Source of the DNA: an uncultured Gemmatimonadales bacterium
GTDB lineage: Bacteria > Gemmatimonadota > Gemmatimonadetes > Gemmatimonadales > GWC2-71-9
Length of the DNA stretch: 20,403 nt
Reading direction: 5' to 3'
Assembly (NCBI GenBank): GCA_963695555.1
Contig: CAVOGR010000011.1
Location: forward strand, 1 to 20,403
Shown: positions 1 through 8,561 of the stretch, in pieces
How the letters are laid out: the number at the start of each line of letters is the position of its first letter
Position numbering within the stretch: the first letter of the stretch is position 1
Position numbers and translations under genes: made by a program
The notes under the pieces: model-generated
Database searches by the model: none
What the model was told of the DNA's origin: nothing
What the model saw: only the letters and a program-made list of their open reading frames with translations

Positions 1-316
1 ACCAGATCATCTGCGCGAACACGATCAGGACCAGCACCGGATTGAACACGCGCAGAAACGCCGAGAGCCTGTAGAGCCGCGGGTCATCCAGCCGAGTGCT
101 GGCTCCGGTATACAGAAACCGCTGCATCCTCCAGCTCTTGATGACCGAGCGGTTCCAGATGGTGGGCGACCCGAGCGCCTCGTATTCGGCCGCGTGGTCA
201 TCGCGGAGGATGCCTAGAAACCGCCGATACACCGGCACGCCGATCGCGACACCGGCGATGACCGTCAGCACCATGACCGTGAGCTTGAGTGGCAGATCCT
301 GGATGAGGTTCTCCAT
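1..316 (-). CDS. Small membrane protein, UspB-like architecture (3' end runs off the window)
   Basis: Hand-translated, not in the ORF track: ATG at 316, MENLIQDLPLKLTVMVLTVIAGVAIGVPVYRRFLGILRDDHAAEYEALGSPTIWNRSVIKSWRMQRFLYTG...FLRVFNPVLVLIVFAQMIW, open to position 1. N- and C-terminal hydrophobic helices flank a soluble loop. Confidence 0.7.
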   Translation of the reverse strand, partial: MENLIQDLPLKLTVMVLTVIAGVAIGVPVYRRFLGILRDDHAAEYEALGSPTIWNRSVIKSWRMQRFLYTGASTRLDDPRLYRLSAFLRVFNPVLVLIVFAQMIW

Positions 317-394
317 CAATGATCCCACGATGGGTGCATGCTAGGAGGCCCTCCCTGAGAGGATCGTGAAGAAACCTTGAGAGTCACCCCTCAA

Positions 395-1093
395 CTAGAA
401 CGGCTGCCCCACCGCCTTGGTGAGAAACGCCATGAACGGCTTGGTTTGGGCCAGCTGCTTCGCCACGTAGTCCAACAGGTCCGGCCGCATCACGTCCTTG
501 GTCTTCAGGTTCAATACCGCGATGTGGTCCTTTCGGCGGAGCGCGTCGATCAAGGGGTGCTCGGGGTCGTACCCCTTCGGTGCCCGGGTCAAGCTATCGC
601 CCTCGAGGGCAAAGCCGGCCTTGAACGCCTTGGCCCGGAGCGCAGCTCGGTAGGCCTTGGGATCGTCGACGATCGCCTCGCGGATCGCGGCCAACGCATC
701 GGGCTCCGGGTGCCACATGCCGGCGCCGAGGAACACTGACTTGGGATCGATGTGGAAGTAGAACCCGGGCGCGTGGACGTCCTTCCCCGCCTTGTGGCGG
801 AACTGGATACCAAGGTTGGTCTTGTAGGGCCGCTTGTCCCGGGAGAACCGGACGTCGCGGTGGACCCGCATGAGCGAGCCCCCGACCTTCTTGTCACTCG
901 CCACCAGGTGCTTCGAGATCTTCTGGACGCGAGGACCCATCAGCCGGATGAACTCCAGCGCCGGCTCGCGCACCTCCGCCTCGTAGCGGTGCTTGTTCCG
1001 CTCGAACCAGGTGCGGGTGTTGTTCCGGTCGAGTTCCCTGAGGAATGTGAGCAGGCCCGGGCCGAAAGGGTTGCTACCGGATTTGGCCGCCAT
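395..1093 (-). CDS. DUF2461 / TIGR02453 family protein
   Basis: Motifs FLRELxxNNxRxWFxxNKxRYE, RVHRDVRFSRDKRPYKT, APGFYFHI, GAGMWHP, L.RAPKGYDPEHP. GGAGGT SD lies just upstream of ATG 1093. Confidence 0.9.
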   Translation of the reverse strand: MAAKSGSNPFGPGLLTFLRELDRNNTRTWFERNKHRYEAEVREPALEFIRLMGPRVQKISKHLVASDKKVGGSLMRVHRDVRFSRDKRPYKTNLGIQFRHKAGKDVHAPGFYFHIDPKSVFLGAGMWHPEPDALAAIREAIVDDPKAYRAALRAKAFKAGFALEGDSLTRAPKGYDPEHPLIDALRRKDHIAVLNLKTKDVMRPDLLDYVAKQLAQTKPFMAFLTKAVGQPF

Positions 1094-1184
1094 GGACACC
1101 TCCGCATTTGTGTTTCAAGGTCGGGGGGCCCGCTTTCTCAGTCTGCCCCCAGAGGAGCGCATTCACACGTTGGCACCACGGCTG

Positions 1185-1844
1185 TCATTCGGCGCTGGCC
1201 GGGCAGCGCGGCGGGTCGGGGTCGAGGCTGTTCGCGGACGCGAGCGCGGCGCGATCGGCTGGCACCCAGCCCTCCTGGCCGGAACCGTTTCGCACCTGAA
1301 TCCAGAACGCGGCGTCCCCCTGTTGGATCACTTCCCCACCGTACTCGTAATCCTTGGCTGGGAACCAGTTCTCCCACGGCCAGAAGATCTCCGTCTCGAT
1401 GATCGAGTCGCGATACCAGACGTCGAAGAACCCCTCCCCGATGTAGCTCAGCACGTACAGGGTATCACCGGGCTGGAACACGACCCCGCTCTTCTGAAAC
1501 CCTATCTGGTGCGTCGGGCGCGACACGACCACGACCTCGGGCCGGGTCACGTGGACCGCGCCGGACAGAACCTCAAACGGCTCGTCACGCACCAGATTGA
1601 AGGCCCGCTCCGTGGTGTCTGCTTCGCGCGCGTAGACCGTCACGGCATCGCAGGCGAGCCAAGTGCCGTAGTCACAACCCTCGCCAGGACAGGCCGGGCG
1701 TTTGACAAACGGGAATGCGAGGTTGGCAGGGAGTATCGGTGCGTTGGGCACGTCCGATGGATTCCCTCGGTCGCGGGCGGGTGAGACTCCGCACGCGGCC
1801 ACCGACACAGCGAGGACCACAGCCGAAACAGTTTTCAGCCGCAT
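1185..1844 (-). CDS. Hypothetical lipoprotein with SH3-like C-terminal signature
   Basis: MRLKTVSAVVLAVSVAAC signal and lipobox; CPGEGC motif; GDTLYVL...GEG and WIQVRNGSGQEGWVP resemble SH3b-like strands. The start could also be 1859 or 1865. Confidence 0.7.
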   Translation of the reverse strand: MRLKTVSAVVLAVSVAACGVSPARDRGNPSDVPNAPILPANLAFPFVKRPACPGEGCDYGTWLACDAVTVYAREADTTERAFNLVRDEPFEVLSGAVHVTRPEVVVVSRPTHQIGFQKSGVVFQPGDTLYVLSYIGEGFFDVWYRDSIIETEIFWPWENWFPAKDYEYGGEVIQQGDAAFWIQVRNGSGQEGWVPADRAALASANSLDPDPPRCPASAE

Positions 1845-1869
1845 GCTCTGGCAGCTCATGTCCATCCGC

Positions 1870-2406
1870 TCACTTGCTCGACTGCCCCTCTCGATGGGGA
1901 ATCTGATTGATCTCCTGGAACAGCTCGGCCAGGGAGTCACCACTCAGGGACACGTGGCTGACGAGAACGTAATCCTTCCCATCGAACACGAACGTCCCAT
2001 ACGTGCCGCTGTCGGCGGAGCTGTGGCCGTAGGCGTTGATCACCGGGTAGCCGTTGATCAGCTGATGGCGCACCACGATCGGATTGCCGAACACCTCGCC
2101 CAGGCGCTCGCCCCGCTTCCCGTCAATCAAGGCGTAGGGACACCCCGCGGTGCCGCAGAGCCGGGTGGACGATCGGATCACGTAGTCATCGGCGCCGTCC
2201 CGGTTGAGATCGGCTAGGACCCCTACCACCGGCTCGCCCGGGAGGTACTCGAGGTAGGCGAGGGCGGCCTCGACACTCGGACTGTTTGGAAGCTCGAGTG
2301 CCGCACCGGACCTCACGGTGAAGGCCCAATCGCCCTCTTGGGCGTAAAGGCTCACGCCAAAGGTTAGAAAGAGTACGGTAACAGCAAGACCAAACTCGGA
2401 GCTCAT
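1870..2406 (-). CDS. Secreted hypothetical protein with DLNxDG...CGxxGC motif
   Basis: Signal peptide MSSEFGLAVTVLFLTFGVSLYA-Q from ATG 2406; ADLNRDGADD (DxDxDG-like loop) followed by CGTAGC. The longer upstream extension in the ORF track overlaps the opposite-strand gene. Confidence 0.7.
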   Translation of the reverse strand: MSSEFGLAVTVLFLTFGVSLYAQEGDWAFTVRSGAALELPNSPSVEAALAYLEYLPGEPVVGVLADLNRDGADDYVIRSSTRLCGTAGCPYALIDGKRGERLGEVFGNPIVVRHQLINGYPVINAYGHSSADSGTYGTFVFDGKDYVLVSHVSLSGDSLAELFQEINQIPHREGQSSK

Positions 2407-2513
2407 GGACCAGCCCTTTGGCCGGGTCACGGCCAGGGAACGCGTGTGGATTACCATGTTCCCGCAGAATCGGGTTGCGCGATTCGGATTGAGTCGATTC
2501 CGGAGGAGGGACA

Positions 2514-2930
2514 ATGCCAAAACTATCACGATGCCTGATCCTCGCTGCCCTGGCGTTTCCCTTTGCGACACGGCCCATCTGGGCGCAGGGCCCGCGTGCC
2601 GTACCGACTCCCATCGCTTACGAAGTCGAACGCTTAGGACCAGGGCCGCAGATTCTCCAGATCCAGCCGCTGCCACGACTTGTGAATGCTCGTGACTACC
2701 GCTCCAGCCACTGGAAGGAGGGTCTGGCGACCGGGGCCGCGCTGGGCGGTGTGATTGGCGGCCTCGGGACGTACGCATTTTGCCGCGAAATGGGGGACAG
2801 CCCAGGAGAACATTGCGGGTTCACTGCCCTCATGGGCGGGGCGATGAGCGCCGCGGTCGGTGGCGGCCTCGGAGCCTTGATCGGGGGGCTGTTCCCGAAA
2901 CCCGTCGCCGAAGAGGACGCGGCGCCTTGA
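2514..2930 (+). CDS. Glycine-zipper membrane/secreted hypothetical protein
   Basis: Strong SD GGAGGAGG before the ATG; signal peptide; two GxxxG-rich hydrophobic segments (GLATGAALGGVIGG, AVGGGLGALIGG) separated by a Cys pair. Confidence 0.75.
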   Translation: MPKLSRCLILAALAFPFATRPIWAQGPRAVPTPIAYEVERLGPGPQILQIQPLPRLVNARDYRSSHWKEGLATGAALGGVIGGLGTYAFCREMGDSPGEHCGFTALMGGAMSAAVGGGLGALIGGLFPKPVAEEDAAP

Positions 2931-2964
2931 TTCTCCAGAAGACGCTACCTCGCTCCGGCGCTGG

Positions 2965-3360
2965 TCAGGGAAACGATGGGCTGAGCAGCTGCACCTCGAA
3001 CCCGATGCCGAGCCGTCGGCAGGCCTGTGCCAGTGCGTCATGATACGGTCTCCAGCCGGCAGTCGAGCGAGGCCGGGCATAGAACAGGACGGCACTAACA
3101 CACCGGGAGTGGAGCTGCTCGACGAGCTGCGGCACAAGCGTCTCTACGTCGTCTGAGGTCAAGGCCTGGTCGTACCATGGAATGCGATCGTCGGGAGCGA
3201 GCAGCCCATACCGGCCCGAGAGGATAACGGCGGGCCGGCTGGTTCGGTCTGCAAGGTCCAACACGTAGCGAATCCGTTTGCTCAGATAACGATGCCGTGC
3301 CGGCAAGAGGCCGGGTGCCCGGCGTTTCCGCTTACTGCACGTAGTACAGATCAGTTCCAT
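2965..3360 (-). CDS. DUF6884-like protein
   Basis: N-terminal CSKRK, then PAxxRY and [22 protein letters not shown], typical of this family; starts 18 nt after the ppa stop. Confidence 0.7.
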   Translation of the reverse strand: MELICTTCSKRKRRAPGLLPARHRYLSKRIRYVLDLADRTSRPAVILSGRYGLLAPDDRIPWYDQALTSDDVETLVPQLVEQLHSRCVSAVLFYARPRSTAGWRPYHDALAQACRRLGIGFEVQLLSPSFP

Positions 3361-3378
3361 GTCGGACTGCTGCCGGTC

Positions 3379-3993
3379 TCAGCCCGCCCCGAACGCTTCG
3401 ACGTAGTCCTCCATCGCGGCCGTCACCACCGTCAGGGCGTGTTCCCGGCCGTAGGCAGGACCGATGGAGACATGGGGCGGCTCGCCGGGTACCAGCTTGT
3501 AGGTCGTGAAGTAATGCCGCAGCCGCTCGATCAACGCCTGCGGCAGCCCGGTAATGTCGTCGACCGTGGACCAGAAGTTGTCGTTGGCCAAAACGGCAAT
3601 GATCTTGTCGTCCGCCTCGCCGCCGTCGAGCATCGGAAGGCCGCCGACCACGTGCGAATCGAGAATCACCTCGCCGCGCGTGATCGGCCGCTCGCTCACC
3701 ACACAGATGTCTAGCGGATCCCCGTCGCCCCGGGTGGCCCCGGACATGAGCCTAGCCGTTCGCACCCCGCAATAGGTCCGGGGGATGAGGCCGTACAACG
3801 TGGGATGCTGCGACGAGCTCCGTTGCGGCCGGTCCACCCGGAGATAGCCGGTCTCCTTGTCGAGTTCGTACTTGACCAGGTCGAACGGGGTGATCTCGAT
3901 GTAGGCATGGACCAGCGCCGGCGGGTCGGGGCCGACGGTGAGACCGTGCCAGGGATGTGGCCTCCACCGATAGAAAGGTGCAGGAAACGTCAC
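3379..3993 (-). CDS. ppa: Inorganic pyrophosphatase (family I)
   Basis: HPWHG, IEI...[42 protein letters not shown] motifs; GTG start preceded by GGAG. Confidence 0.95.
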   Translation of the reverse strand: MTFPAPFYRWRPHPWHGLTVGPDPPALVHAYIEITPFDLVKYELDKETGYLRVDRPQRSSSQHPTLYGLIPRTYCGVRTARLMSGATRGDGDPLDICVVSERPITRGEVILDSHVVGGLPMLDGGEADDKIIAVLANDNFWSTVDDITGLPQALIERLRHYFTTYKLVPGEPPHVSIGPAYGREHALTVVTAAMEDYVEAFGAG

Positions 3994-4019
3994 GGTCAGA
4001 TCTCCGTTGGGCGCAACGT

Positions 4020-4035
4020 CTAAAGGATCCTTTAG
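4020..4035. promoter_or_regulatory. Perfect 16-bp palindrome, putative operator
   Basis: CTAAAGGATCCTTTAG is its own reverse complement and lies in the divergent ppa / M28 intergenic region. Confidence 0.4.
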
Positions 4036-4184
4036 GCTTCCGTAACCTGGGCCGGCGGCATGGGGTGACGCAAGGTGTCGAGGGCGAGGTTGGCGAAGAA
4101 TTCGTCGTTACCACGTGCGGCACGTTGGAGTATCTTTCCGAGTGTCATCCGCTCGGAGATCGGCAGTCCTCAAAGGAGCCAACG

Positions 4185-5744
4185 ATGAAGTCCGTACGTC
4201 TGGCAGTACTCGCTTTCCTCTTCGCCTTTGCCGCCCGACCCGCTCTTCTGCCCGCACAAATGGTCCAGGAACGGCTGGACATGGGCGCGCTCGAGAAGAT
4301 CCGGCACGAGGGTCTCGAGAACTCTCGGATGGATTCGCTGGCGGGACACCTCATGGACGTGATCGGTCCACGGCTCACCGGCTCGAATGCCATCAAGCGC
4401 GGTAACGAGTGGGCGGCGGGCATGTTCAAGCAGTGGGGAATGGCCAACGTCACCATCGAGCCGTGGGACAGCGCATTCGGCCGCGGCTGGGAGCAGGTGT
4501 CCTACGCCGGCCGCATCATCGAGCCGTTCGTCCAGCAACTGAATGCCACGTCACAAGCGTGGAGCGGCAGCACACGCGGCACGGCCACCTGCCCCGTGGT
4601 CCTGATGGACGTGAAGGACACCACCGATTTCGCCAAGTACGACGGCAAGGTTCGCGGCGCCTGTATCCTCATCAGCGCCCCACAGGAGATCGGCCCCGAG
4701 TTCGAGGAGCAAACCCGGCGCTACGATGCCGACAGCCTGGTGGCCTGGATGAGCCAGCCCCAAGCCGAACGCCAGCGGGGGCGGTACACACCGGAGCAAC
4801 TGGCCGAGTTCCGCGCGCGACGGGCGCTCCAGCAGGCCGGCATGCGCTGGGTGCGCAGCCAGCGGGCCGCCGCCCTGCTGATGCCGTCCGGCTGGACCTA
4901 CGGCATTCTCCGGACCGGCGGGCATCCCGACGGACGGACCGCGCGCGACAGCGTCTACAACCCGATTCCGGCGCTCTTGGTGGGCCACGAGCAATACAGT
5001 CTGATGTACCGGAACGCGCTCCGCGGTGTTCCGGTGCGGCTCGAACTCACTGTCCAGAACCGGTTCCTCGACGACCGGAATTCCTACAACGTGCTCGCCG
5101 AGATCCCCGGCAGCGACCTGGCCGACCAGGTGGTGATGGTGGGAGCCCACTTCGACAGCTGGCACAGCGGCACGGGGGCCACCGATGATGGCGCGGGCTC
5201 GGTGGTCATGATGGAAGCGATGCGGATCTTGAAGACGCTCGATCTGCCCATGCGCCGCACCGTCAGGATCGGACTCTGGAGCGGTGAGGAGCAGGGACTG
5301 ATCGGCTCCCGCACCTACGTCCGCATGCACAAGAACGAGCTGGACAACATCTCGGCCTATTTCAACATCGACAACGGCACGGGACGGCTCCGGGGGATCT
5401 GGAACCAATCCAACCCCAACGTGAACGAGATCTTCGAGCAGATCCTGGCCCCGCTCCGCGACCTGGGCGTCATGGGTGTCCGGAGCGGCAACACCGGCGG
5501 CACCGACCATCTCGCGTTCGATGCGGCCGGGGTGCCCGGCTTCAACTACATCCAGGATCCCATCGAATACGGGTTCCGCACCCACCACTCCAACGTCGAC
5601 ACCTACGAGCGGCTGGTGCTCGACGACCTGCGCCAGGCCGCGACCGTGGTGGCCTGGACCGTGTACACCGTGGCCAACCGGGACGAGATGATGCCCCGGA
5701 AGCCGGCCGCCGAGGAGCCGCCGCAGGCGGGAGGCGGCAACTAG
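4185..5744 (+). CDS. Secreted M28 family metallopeptidase (carboxypeptidase Q / aminopeptidase-like, with PA-like insert)
   Basis: AAGGAG SD and signal peptide from ATG 4185; IGPRLTGS, GAHFDSW, GATDDGAG, SGEEQGLIGS, NIDNG, GTDH and HHSNVDTYE zinc-site motifs. Confidence 0.92.
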   Translation: MKSVRLAVLAFLFAFAARPALLPAQMVQERLDMGALEKIRHEGLENSRMDSLAGHLMDVIGPRLTGSNAIKRGNEWAAGMFKQWGMANVTIEPWDSAFGRGWEQVSYAGRIIEPFVQQLNATSQAWSGSTRGTATCPVVLMDVKDTTDFAKYDGKVRGACILISAPQEIGPEFEEQTRRYDADSLVAWMSQPQAERQRGRYTPEQLAEFRARRALQQAGMRWVRSQRAAALLMPSGWTYGILRTGGHPDGRTARDSVYNPIPALLVGHEQYSLMYRNALRGVPVRLELTVQNRFLDDRNSYNVLAEIPGSDLADQVVMVGAHFDSWHSGTGATDDGAGSVVMMEAMRILKTLDLPMRRTVRIGLWSGEEQGLIGSRTYVRMHKNELDNISAYFNIDNGTGRLRGIWNQSNPNVNEIFEQILAPLRDLGVMGVRSGNTGGTDHLAFDAAGVPGFNYIQDPIEYGFRTHHSNVDTYERLVLDDLRQAATVVAWTVYTVANRDEMMPRKPAAEEPPQAGGGN

Positions 5745-5769
5745 ACGCCATCTCTCAACAGGCATCGTT

Positions 5770-5809
5770 CGATCGAGGCTCGCTCATGGGGCGGGCCTCG
5801 ATCGTTTCC
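5770..5809 (+). terminator. Putative intrinsic terminator
   Basis: CGATCGAGGCTCGCTC-ATG-GGGCGGGCCTCGATCG forms a 16-bp stem with two G-U pairs, followed by TTTCC, 25 nt after the peptidase stop. Confidence 0.65.
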
Positions 5810-5878
5810 GGGCCAGGATATCTTCCTGTGACCGGCGCTACAGATCGGGCCGCCGGTAGGCCTTACCTATTGGTGACC

Positions 5879-6778
5879 ATGGCGATGACACTCTGCCGCG
5901 CAAAACGCTCGGGCGTGCTCATGGCGGTCCTGCTCGGGGCGCTCGGCTGCGAGACCGACCAGCCGACCGCCCCGGGCCCGGACACTGACACCCCCGCCGT
6001 TTTGGTGGGTGCCGGCGATATCGCGGTCTGCGGCAGCGACGGCGACGAGGCCACGGCACTCCTGCTCGATACAATAGCGGGCACGGTGTTCACCACCGGC
6101 GACAACGCCTACGAAGACGGCACCGCCCAGGAGTTCACCGACTGCTACCACCCGACCTGGGGCCGCCACCGGTCACGCACCCGTCCGTCGCCCGGCAACC
6201 ACGACTATCACACCGCAGGCGCGTCGGGCTACTACGACTACTTCGGCGCGAGTGCGGGCGACCCGGCCCAGGGCTACTACTCCTATGACCTGGGCGCCTG
6301 GCACATCGTGGCCATCAACAGCAACATCGACCTGTCGGCCAATTCTCCCCAGCTCCAGTGGCTGGCCGCCGACCTCGCCGCCCATCCTACCGTGTGCGCG
6401 GCCGCCTACTGGCACCACCCGCGCTTCAGTTCGGGCATGCACGGTGACGACACGGGCATGCAGGATCTCTGGCAGGTGCTGTACGACGCCGGGGTGGACC
6501 TGGTCGTGAACGGGCACGATCACGACTACGAACGGTTCGCGCTGCAAGATCCGGCCGGTAACGCCGATCCGGCCCGTGGCATTCGCGAGTTCGTGGTGGG
6601 AACCGGCGGCAGGTCACTCAGGAACTTCGGGACCGTCGCCGCGAACAGCCAGGTGCGCAACAGCGACACCCACGGCGTGCTGAAGCTCACGCTCTACGAC
6701 TCGCGGTATGAGTGGGAGTTCATTCCGGTGGCGGGCCAGACGTTCAGCGACTCCGGCACCGCCGACTGCCACCAGTAG
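5879..6778 (+). CDS. Lipoprotein metallophosphoesterase (calcineurin-like / purple acid phosphatase-like)
   Basis: Lipobox ALGC; motifs GDIA, GDNAY, GNHDY, HHP, GHDHDYER. Start at 5879 or 5885; the ORF-track start at 5786 lies inside the terminator hairpin. Confidence 0.88.
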   Translation: MAMTLCRAKRSGVLMAVLLGALGCETDQPTAPGPDTDTPAVLVGAGDIAVCGSDGDEATALLLDTIAGTVFTTGDNAYEDGTAQEFTDCYHPTWGRHRSRTRPSPGNHDYHTAGASGYYDYFGASAGDPAQGYYSYDLGAWHIVAINSNIDLSANSPQLQWLAADLAAHPTVCAAAYWHHPRFSSGMHGDDTGMQDLWQVLYDAGVDLVVNGHDHDYERFALQDPAGNADPARGIREFVVGTGGRSLRNFGTVAANSQVRNSDTHGVLKLTLYDSRYEWEFIPVAGQTFSDSGTADCHQ

Positions 6779-6787
6779 CCGGCCCTC

Positions 6788-7123
6788 CTACTTCTTACTC
6801 CGCGCTCTCCTCGGCGTCCAGCCGTACCTAGCCAGGTCCACCCGCCCGTTCAAATCGAAGTAGACGCCCTCGGCCTCGAGCAGCATGCGCTGGGTCAACT
6901 CGGAGCCGGGAACCGTCCGCCGGCTGATCGTCCCCTTCGCGTTGACCACCCGGTGCCAGGGCACGGTCGTGCTGTTCGGTAGCGCGTGGAGCGCATAGCC
7001 GACCTGACGCGCCGCACCCGGGATACCCGCAAGCCGCGCGATTTGTCCATAGGACGCCGCACGCCCGGATGGGATGCGGCGGATGACGGCGTAGATCCGG
7101 GCGTAGGTGTCAGATCGGGACAT
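6788..7123 (-). CDS. Alkyltransferase-like protein (ATL, YbaZ/Atl type; MGMT DNA-binding fold)
   Basis: IPxGxxxSYGQIA, ARQVGYAL, VPWHRVVN (Trp in place of the catalytic Cys), QRxLLEAEGV. Confidence 0.9.
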   Translation of the reverse strand: MSRSDTYARIYAVIRRIPSGRAASYGQIARLAGIPGAARQVGYALHALPNSTTVPWHRVVNAKGTISRRTVPGSELTQRMLLEAEGVYFDLNGRVDLARYGWTPRRARSKK

Positions 7124-7145
7124 GAGGGCACATGGGTCGCCACAT

Positions 7146-8561
7146 TTACGGGGTGGGATCGATAAAGCAACCCGCGTTCGCCTCGTACCGCTCGGCCACC
7201 ACGATCTGCCCATCATCGGCCAGGTAGCTCGGTGCGCCGGCCCTCACCACGCACAGAACCTGGCCGGTGCGGAACGCGAAGGCCGTGGTGCCGGGGCCAT
7301 CCGCCGAATAGCGCAGATCGTCGGTCCAGCCCAAGGCCGCGAGACGCGTCCGCAGTTGTTCCGCCGGGTCGCTGGCTTCATTCAGCGATGCGGTCGGACC
7401 GGATGTGACGACCCTGCAGCCACGCCTCCAGGAACGAGCCGGGTCATCGAACACCCTGCCATCGAATCGGTCGACGGCCCAGCCGGTGACCCCACGCACG
7501 ATGGTGTCGATCGCCGCACACGCCGCCTTCACCTCGGCGGTGATCGGTCGCGGGTCCGCTGCCAGTGCTGCAGCCGGTTGGGCAAGGAACCAGGCAACCA
7601 GTTCCCCGTTGTCCACGAACGACCAGGTGTGAGGAGACGTTCGCTCCCCGACCCCGTCCCGAGCCTCGTGCGTCGTGATCAGCTCCGCGCGATCGTTGCC
7701 CTGGAGTTTGAGTTCGTTGATCATTGCGGCAAGGTCGATCGAGTTCATGCCGTAGTAGTCCTTCCGCCGCTCCTCGATCCACCAATCGACGTCCGGCTCG
7801 TGGTAGGCCCTAATGGGGACGTCGCGCAGAAAGAAGGCATTGCCACCACGCCCCCCTGGCGCCGAGTAGGTGAACGGCGAATACTGGACATAGCGACCGT
7901 ACTCTTGGTCTGGCGTTCCGCCTAGGTTCGTTTCCAGGAGATAGCTCACCCACCGGCCCTCATCGGCCGCCGTCGGATTGAAGTCTCGTCGGATGGCCCG
8001 CTGCTCGGCGCGCCACAGGCGCGCCATGTCGAGCGGTGCATCCACCACCGCCACGGCGGCCGGGGCAATCCAGAACTCGCCCGCATGCTGTTTCAGAAAC
8101 ACCGTGAGCTTGAGTGCCCGGGTGCCGCCGAGGGAGAGCCCCGCGAAGTAGAGCAGCACATCGTCGAGCTGGTGCGACGTCAGGACGCGCTGGATGCGGT
8201 CGGCGACCGAGTGGAGTGTCGCGTCGTCGAAGTAGAAATCCAGCGGATTCCCGGTGGTGATACGTAGGATGCCCACGCCCCGGGCGAGTGCTGCGTGGTC
8301 GAACATTCCCGCCGGTGGCATGCCCGCCGAAACGGCCACCCGCCACCCGTCGAAGAACACCGCGAGGCCCACCGGCCTTCCCTCAGCCGGCAGGATCAGG
8401 GTGTAACCTTTGTCGGTCAGCTCGATGGCGCGCTCCGGCTCGGGGCCGATCCGGAGAAGCCCGGGCGTGGGCTGGTACTCCTCACTCACCACCTGCCCAC
8501 TCACTACTGCCGGGCCGACCATCAGCACAAGAGCAGCCAGGAGTACCTGCAGTCTATTCAT
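7146..8561 (-). CDS. Secreted alpha/beta-hydrolase-fold protein with an extra Cys-containing C-terminal domain
   Basis: Signal peptide; GLSLGG nucleophile elbow; candidate catalytic His in SPHTWS; Ala/Pro linker, then a domain of about 130 aa with four Cys. ATGA overlap with the upstream GNAT stop. Confidence 0.7.
   Translation of the reverse strand: MNRLQVLLAALVLMVGPAVVSGQVVSEEYQPTPGLLRIGPEPERAIELTDKGYTLILPAEGRPVGLAVFFDGWRVAVSAGMPPAGMFDHAALARGVGILRITTGNPLDFYFDDATLHSVADRIQRVLTSHQLDDVLLYFAGLSLGGTRALKLTVFLKQHAGEFWIAPAAVAVVDAPLDMARLWRAEQRAIRRDFNPTAADEGRWVSYLLETNLGGTPDQEYGRYVQYSPFTYSAPGGRGGNAFFLRDVPIRAYHEPDVDWWIEERRKDYYGMNSIDLAAMINELKLQGNDRAELITTHEARDGVGERTSPHTWSFVDNGELVAWFLAQPAAALAADPRPITAEVKAACAAIDTIVRGVTGWAVDRFDGRVFDDPARSWRRGCRVVTSGPTASLNEASDPAEQLRTRLAALGWTDDLRYSADGPGTTAFAFRTGQVLCVVRAGAPSYLADDGQIVVAERYEANAGCFIDPTP

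Noticed and set aside
4551..5765. Long antisense ORFs (404 aa here, also 17277-18494, 15538-16566, 7107-7925, 993-1784)
   Set aside because: These are shadow frames of well-supported genes, expected in high-GC DNA, and they show no recognisable motifs.
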